A program made the position numbers and the translations under genes. The notes below the pieces were generated by a model that had not been told where the DNA came from, did not search any database, and saw only the letters and a program-made list of their open reading frames with translations. Below are positions 60,104 to 64,000 of a DNA stretch of 64,000 nt, one piece after another. The stretch's first letter is position 1; each line of letters begins with the position of its first letter. The DNA comes from an uncultured Verrucomicrobiota bacterium (lineage in GTDB: Bacteria > Verrucomicrobiota > Kiritimatiellia > RZYC01). The stretch lies in NCBI GenBank assembly GCA_964542025.1, contig CAZISY010000005.1, positions 4,786 through 68,785 of the forward strand, written 5' to 3'.

Positions 60104-61033
60104 TCACGCGGAGGCTGCATTCAGGTGGAGAACGCCTGATTCTTCCGCGCCCGGTGCCAACCAACGCGCCCCATCCACGGTGTTGAGCGTATTGGGGGCC
60201 CCCATCCAGGGTTCAATGCAAAAAAACGGATGCTCTTTCTGCGTAAACAGCTGAATAAATGGAAACATGGACGCATCTTCGCGACCGTAAACAGACATGG
60301 TAACCGCATATGCCCCGGGAATAATCAGGCGCGATTCATTGATGCCCTGCGGGAGCCGATGCAATTGTTCGTTGATGGCCGGTTCCGTAACCGCACAGGG
60401 AAATTTCAACACCGGCGCGCTGCCGGTCAAATCTGTTAACCGCTCATTATAGAGGTAGCGATGCTCGGGATTGAACTCCACGCGGCATTGTTCTTTGCCT
60501 TCTCCGCTGCGGGGTGTTGCAAAATAGGGATGAAATCCCGCGTAGTACGGCATCGGATGCTCTCCGGTATTACGATAGGTTTGTTCGCAAGTCAGCCCCT
60601 CCCCGGTGAGCCGATAAGCCAATGACACTTCAAACGAAAACGGATACTCATGCCGCGTCTGCCCGCTATCGGTCAATACCAGCCGAATGGAATGAGCATC
60701 CTCCGAGGCAACGCGCCAGGCTTGTCGACAGGCCACCCCGTGTATCGGCATCAGGTAGCGATCTCCGCGATAGAGATAGGCCCCCGCAATGCCATCCCGT
60801 TCGAGCCTGCCGCAAATGGGAAACAGAAATGGCCAGCCCCCATACCGGCAGGCGTCCCCTCCCTGCCAGAATTTTTCGTGCATCCACAGCATTTCTTTTT
60901 CGCCGTGCGCCGTTTTGTATACCAGCGAAACTCCGATGCCACCGAGCTCCGGCACAAACGTCATGCGAAACCGACCCTCTTCGGATTGGATTTCATGAAA
61001 TTCAAAGCCGAATTTTGTATATACGCGCGCCAT
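60104..61033 (-). CDS. Aldose 1-epimerase family protein (galactose-mutarotase-like)
   Basis: The Aldose_epim fold pattern (GFHPYF..., the catalytic His/Glu context). It is adjacent to glycoside hydrolases. Confidence 0.7.
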   Translation of the reverse strand: MARVYTKFGFEFHEIQSEEGRFRMTFVPELGGIGVSLVYKTAHGEKEMLWMHEKFWQGGDACRYGGWPFLFPICGRLERDGIAGAYLYRGDRYLMPIHGVACRQAWRVASEDAHSIRLVLTDSGQTRHEYPFSFEVSLAYRLTGEGLTCEQTYRNTGEHPMPYYAGFHPYFATPRSGEGKEQCRVEFNPEHRYLYNERLTDLTGSAPVLKFPCAVTEPAINEQLHRLPQGINESRLIIPGAYAVTMSVYGREDASMFPFIQLFTQKEHPFFCIEPWMGAPNTLNTVDGARWLAPGAEESGVLHLNAASA

Positions 61034-61049
61034 CCCGGCCCCTCCCCCG

Positions 61050-62420
61050 TTACTGATTCATCCATCGCACCGCGGCGACCGTTTTTCCGGGTATCATTGG
61101 AGTGATCTGTTTATCGCCGCATTGGATCTCAATATGGCGGCCTCCGTCATTCTGATTCACCAGCACCGCCACAATGCTGTGGTCCGGGTTTTCAAAAGCA
61201 GCAGCCGTCACAAAGGATTTGGAACCATAGTTGCATTCGATGCGCCGGGCTCCGCGCCGGACAAGTGCCGACAACTGTCCAATCAAATACACTTCCGGAA
61301 TGAAAAAGTACGACCCGGGTTTTGACGGATCGTAATTAACGAACGGGGCGTCCGCACCGTGACAGCCGCGGTTCGGCTGGCGGTTGACGTCCAGGCAGGT
61401 CACCCAGGCGACATAGCACTGAGCCCAGTTGCACAAATACTGGATGATCCGGTCCATCCCGCGCGTACCCCACACGGAACGCTCGGTCAGATAGATCGGC
61501 AGATCGGGATATCGCGCATGCAGCTTGCTCATCTCTGTCGGCTCATCCAGATAATCGTGAAAAGCAAAACCGTCAATGGCCGCCAAAGCTTCACGGTCCT
61601 CCGCAATCCTGGCCCCATAGCTCATGGCCATATTGAAATTATGATCAATCGGCCATAGTTTTGCTTTCACCCCATGCGCGCGAAATTCTTTTTTGATCTC
61701 TTTTAAAAAATCGCGCAGCTCCGGCCAGGTGAAACGGCAGGTGGGATAACTCCCGTTATCCATGAGTGGCTCGTTTTGCAGCGTAAAGGCATAAATCGGT
61801 ATGTCCAGCGCTTCATAGGCCTGAATCGCCATTCGATAATACTGAGCCGCCACCGTATAATACTCCGGCAGCAGGCGCCCCCCGCACATGCTCTTGGAAT
61901 CCTTCATCCAGGCGGGTGGACTCCATGGAGACGCAAAAATCAGCACATCGGGATTCACATCCATGACCCGCTTGATGTATTCCACAATCCGATAATCAAT
62001 GTCTTTCTGAATACTGAACCGCTTCAATTCCAAATCCGTTTCACCGGCGGGCACATCATCATAGGAATAGTAATCCCGCGCCGTAAAGTCCGAGGACCCG
62101 AAACAGATGCGCAGCATGTTCCATCCATTGCCATTCACCGGATGGAAAAGCCGCTCCAGAATTTCGTCGCGCGACGTTTCCGGCATTTGGCAGAAATTGT
62201 AGACGCTGGCTTCATCCATGGAGGTGCCGAACCCCGTTATCCCCTGATAGGAAATAGAGGGATCCACATAGATTTTCTGATCCCCGCGGCCGAGTTCGCC
62301 AAACACCAGATCGGCCTGCTTTGCCTGAATATAGCGCAATCCATCCTCTGAACTGTACCACAGCTCCGCCGTTTTTTTCATTTCGCCAAATCCTTTCGTT
62401 ACGACACGATATTCCCGCAT
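61050..62420 (-). CDS. Glycoside hydrolase family 30 (glucosylceramidase/O-glycosyl hydrolase-like)
   Basis: GFGTSMDEAS near the N-terminus, and the catalytic acid/base motif AFTLQNEPLMD (the GH30 N-E-P signature). Confidence 0.75.
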   Translation of the reverse strand: MREYRVVTKGFGEMKKTAELWYSSEDGLRYIQAKQADLVFGELGRGDQKIYVDPSISYQGITGFGTSMDEASVYNFCQMPETSRDEILERLFHPVNGNGWNMLRICFGSSDFTARDYYSYDDVPAGETDLELKRFSIQKDIDYRIVEYIKRVMDVNPDVLIFASPWSPPAWMKDSKSMCGGRLLPEYYTVAAQYYRMAIQAYEALDIPIYAFTLQNEPLMDNGSYPTCRFTWPELRDFLKEIKKEFRAHGVKAKLWPIDHNFNMAMSYGARIAEDREALAAIDGFAFHDYLDEPTEMSKLHARYPDLPIYLTERSVWGTRGMDRIIQYLCNWAQCYVAWVTCLDVNRQPNRGCHGADAPFVNYDPSKPGSYFFIPEVYLIGQLSALVRRGARRIECNYGSKSFVTAAAFENPDHSIVAVLVNQNDGGRHIEIQCGDKQITPMIPGKTVAAVRWMNQ

Positions 62421-62438
62421 CGATTCCGAAATCGGTTC

Positions 62439-64000
62439 TTATCCGTTCATCACACACGTCATCTCAATCGTGTCATAAAACGTACTCAATACCGGTTCCG
62501 TCAGGAATCCTCCATGCCCATCCACCAACAGCGTCAATACGTTTTCTTTTTTCAAAAACGGTTCCGGTATGTAGAAATCATGCTGCGGCCCAACCGACTC
62601 AAACCATCCCACCGGATTCCCGTTTACATAAATGAAGCATCGACGTTCCGCGCGGGGAATGGTCAGCTTCACCGCGCTTTGCACCCCGGCCTTCACGTCC
62701 ATGTTAAACGCGCGCCGCATCCACAGCAGTTCGCCTTCGCGTTTGTCCAGCAGATATTTCGCCCCCGGCTGGATGGTCATCCAGGATGCGTCATCGTACC
62801 CGGATTCCATGTACCGCTCGCGGACGCCGGTTAAATCCTTTCGCAGGGCCCATTTTTCAATAACCACCGCCTCGCGCTTTTCGGGTTCCTCGCCAATAAT
62901 CTGCACAGGCTTCAAGATCCCGCTGTGTTTAATGATGGCCCCCTCATGCGGATGCGATTTGTTGTGGAAGAAGTTTTGATACAACACGGCAATGCTGTTT
63001 TCGCCGGCATGCAGCACCCCTTTCAGATTCACGCGAACCTGTTCGGCAATACCGGCCCAAACCAGGTTCCCATTGATATAAATGTACTGTCGATCCGTGT
63101 TGTTGCCGGTATACAGCATTTTCGCATGGTCCCACCCATTCGGTGCGGTGAATGTGCTGCGATACCAGAAATAGCCGTGTCCGAAGAGCCCCAGCCGCTC
63201 AAGCGACTCCGGCTTGTCAATGACCTGCCAGGCCGCGTCATCAAATCCGGGAAGCCGTTCTGCAGCGTCATATCGGGCTTTCCAGTCGCCCGCCCATTGA
63301 AGCCGGGTTTGGCAAGATGCCGGCACGGCAAATTCGAACACCGACTTTTTCCCCAGCTTCTTTACGGGAACCGTGCGGGCTCGCGGGCCCGTTGTGGAAA
63401 GACTCACTGTTTTACCCGCTTTCCCATACACCTCAAAACGGTTTCGGGCTTTGCAGCGCGCATGAATAGTGGCTTCAAACCCGTTTTTCGTTTCGGCGAT
63501 GCGCTGCACCGAATAGGTATCCGCCGTAAGCAGCCCCGCATTCAGGCATTCCACTTTTCCCGCCAAATCCAGCGGAATCAGATACACCGTGGCCTCTCCC
63601 ACCTGCACCACATGAATGCCGTCATGCGCGTACCGCAGGCGCGTATTCTCCCCATCGGCAATTATTTTTACCTCTCCGGAGATTACGCGCACCTGCTTTT
63701 TCGGCACATTGAAAACCGCCTCGCCGTCGCGATGCGGGCGACCATAAAGACCCAACTGTTTCGTTGCACCATCCGGACGGTAAAACAGCAACTCCGATGT
63801 CGAGGAAAGCACTATGACTTTCGATCCTTTCAAACGAACGCCCACCGGCAGAATCAGCACTTCCCTCGGTTGCAGAATTAATCCATTGAAAAGGACCACT
63901 CCGCTTTTTGAAAAACCAATATCCACCGTGTGAGCTTCGTCGGAAAGATTCCGCACGCAAACCAGATATTCTTTTCCGCGTTTCCGGGTAATCACATCCA
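62439..64000 (-). CDS. C-terminal beta-sandwich/galactose-binding-like domains of a large glycoside hydrolase (beta-galactosidase-like, GH35/GH2-type). The 5' catalytic part lies beyond the window end.
   Basis: Two copies of a sugar-binding jelly-roll motif (YFWYRSTF...YIYINGNLVWAG and LLWMRRAFN...FIYVNGNPVGWF). The ORF is open to position 64000. Confidence 0.5.
   Translation of the reverse strand, partial: DVITRKRGKEYLVCVRNLSDEAHTVDIGFSKSGVVLFNGLILQPREVLILPVGVRLKGSKVIVLSSTSELLFYRPDGATKQLGLYGRPHRDGEAVFNVPKKQVRVISGEVKIIADGENTRLRYAHDGIHVVQVGEATVYLIPLDLAGKVECLNAGLLTADTYSVQRIAETKNGFEATIHARCKARNRFEVYGKAGKTVSLSTTGPRARTVPVKKLGKKSVFEFAVPASCQTRLQWAGDWKARYDAAERLPGFDDAAWQVIDKPESLERLGLFGHGYFWYRSTFTAPNGWDHAKMLYTGNNTDRQYIYINGNLVWAGIAEQVRVNLKGVLHAGENSIAVLYQNFFHNKSHPHEGAIIKHSGILKPVQIIGEEPEKREAVVIEKWALRKDLTGVRERYMESGYDDASWMTIQPGAKYLLDKREGELLWMRRAFNMDVKAGVQSAVKLTIPRAERRCFIYVNGNPVGWFESVGPQHDFYIPEPFLKKENVLTLLVDGHGGFLTEPVLSTFYDTIEMTCVMNG

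Noticed and set aside
62925-63881. 318 aa plus-strand ORF
   Set aside because: It is antisense to the glycoside hydrolase fragment and Arg/His-rich.

Overview
This 64 kb window is a chromosomal, mostly housekeeping region of a Gram-negative bacterium, roughly 55% GC. The gene content (a SecDF fusion, a Tm-type DAHP synthase with a regulatory N-domain, a hybrid histidine kinase carrying a periplasmic ABC-substrate-binding-like sensor) tentatively fits a PVC-group or related lineage. I found no mobile elements, CRISPR arrays or rRNA.

What I could recognise:
- A partner-switching module (HAMP-PP2C phosphatase plus STAS antagonist).
- nrdR, hisS, an HU/IHF gene, recA, cinA, ugd, tgt, yajC, secDF, recJ, glgA, ychF, ileS.
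- A BMP-family nucleoside ABC transporter operon next to xpt.
- An FMN-riboswitch-controlled riboflavin cluster (ribBA-ribH-nusB-ftsY-ribD-ribE-panD).
- Two structural RNAs: tRNA-Asn(GTT) and RNase P RNA (rnpB), both on the minus strand.
- A miaA-hflX-radC-lpxA-response-regulator gene string.
- A glycan-degradation locus (aldose 1-epimerase, GH30, and a beta-galactosidase-like C-terminal fragment that runs off the window).

The candidates I rate most likely to be an undescribed system, in order:
1. A four-gene operon with stop/start overlaps at every junction: a NifX/NifB-like FeMo-cofactor-domain protein, a radical SAM enzyme, a ROK-family kinase and a PaaI hotdog thioesterase (8194-11078).
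2. An RdgC-like protein coupled to a membrane-anchored protein, beside a zinc-ribbon membrane protein and a CheY-like regulator (44638-47816).
3. A roughly 300 aa NDK-fold protein with a large insertion, sitting upstream of DAHP synthase.
4. An arginine-rich, C2H2-like 450 aa protein with a palindromic operator-like site upstream.
5. A DksA homolog with a histone-H1-like Lys/Ala/Pro-rich N-terminus.
6. A response regulator with an unusual Cys-rich C-terminal domain.
7. A VapBC pair next to a 620 bp decayed region containing an A8 homopolymer.

All functional calls come from motifs I recognised by eye in the translated ORFs. Start codons are approximate. No database searches were run.
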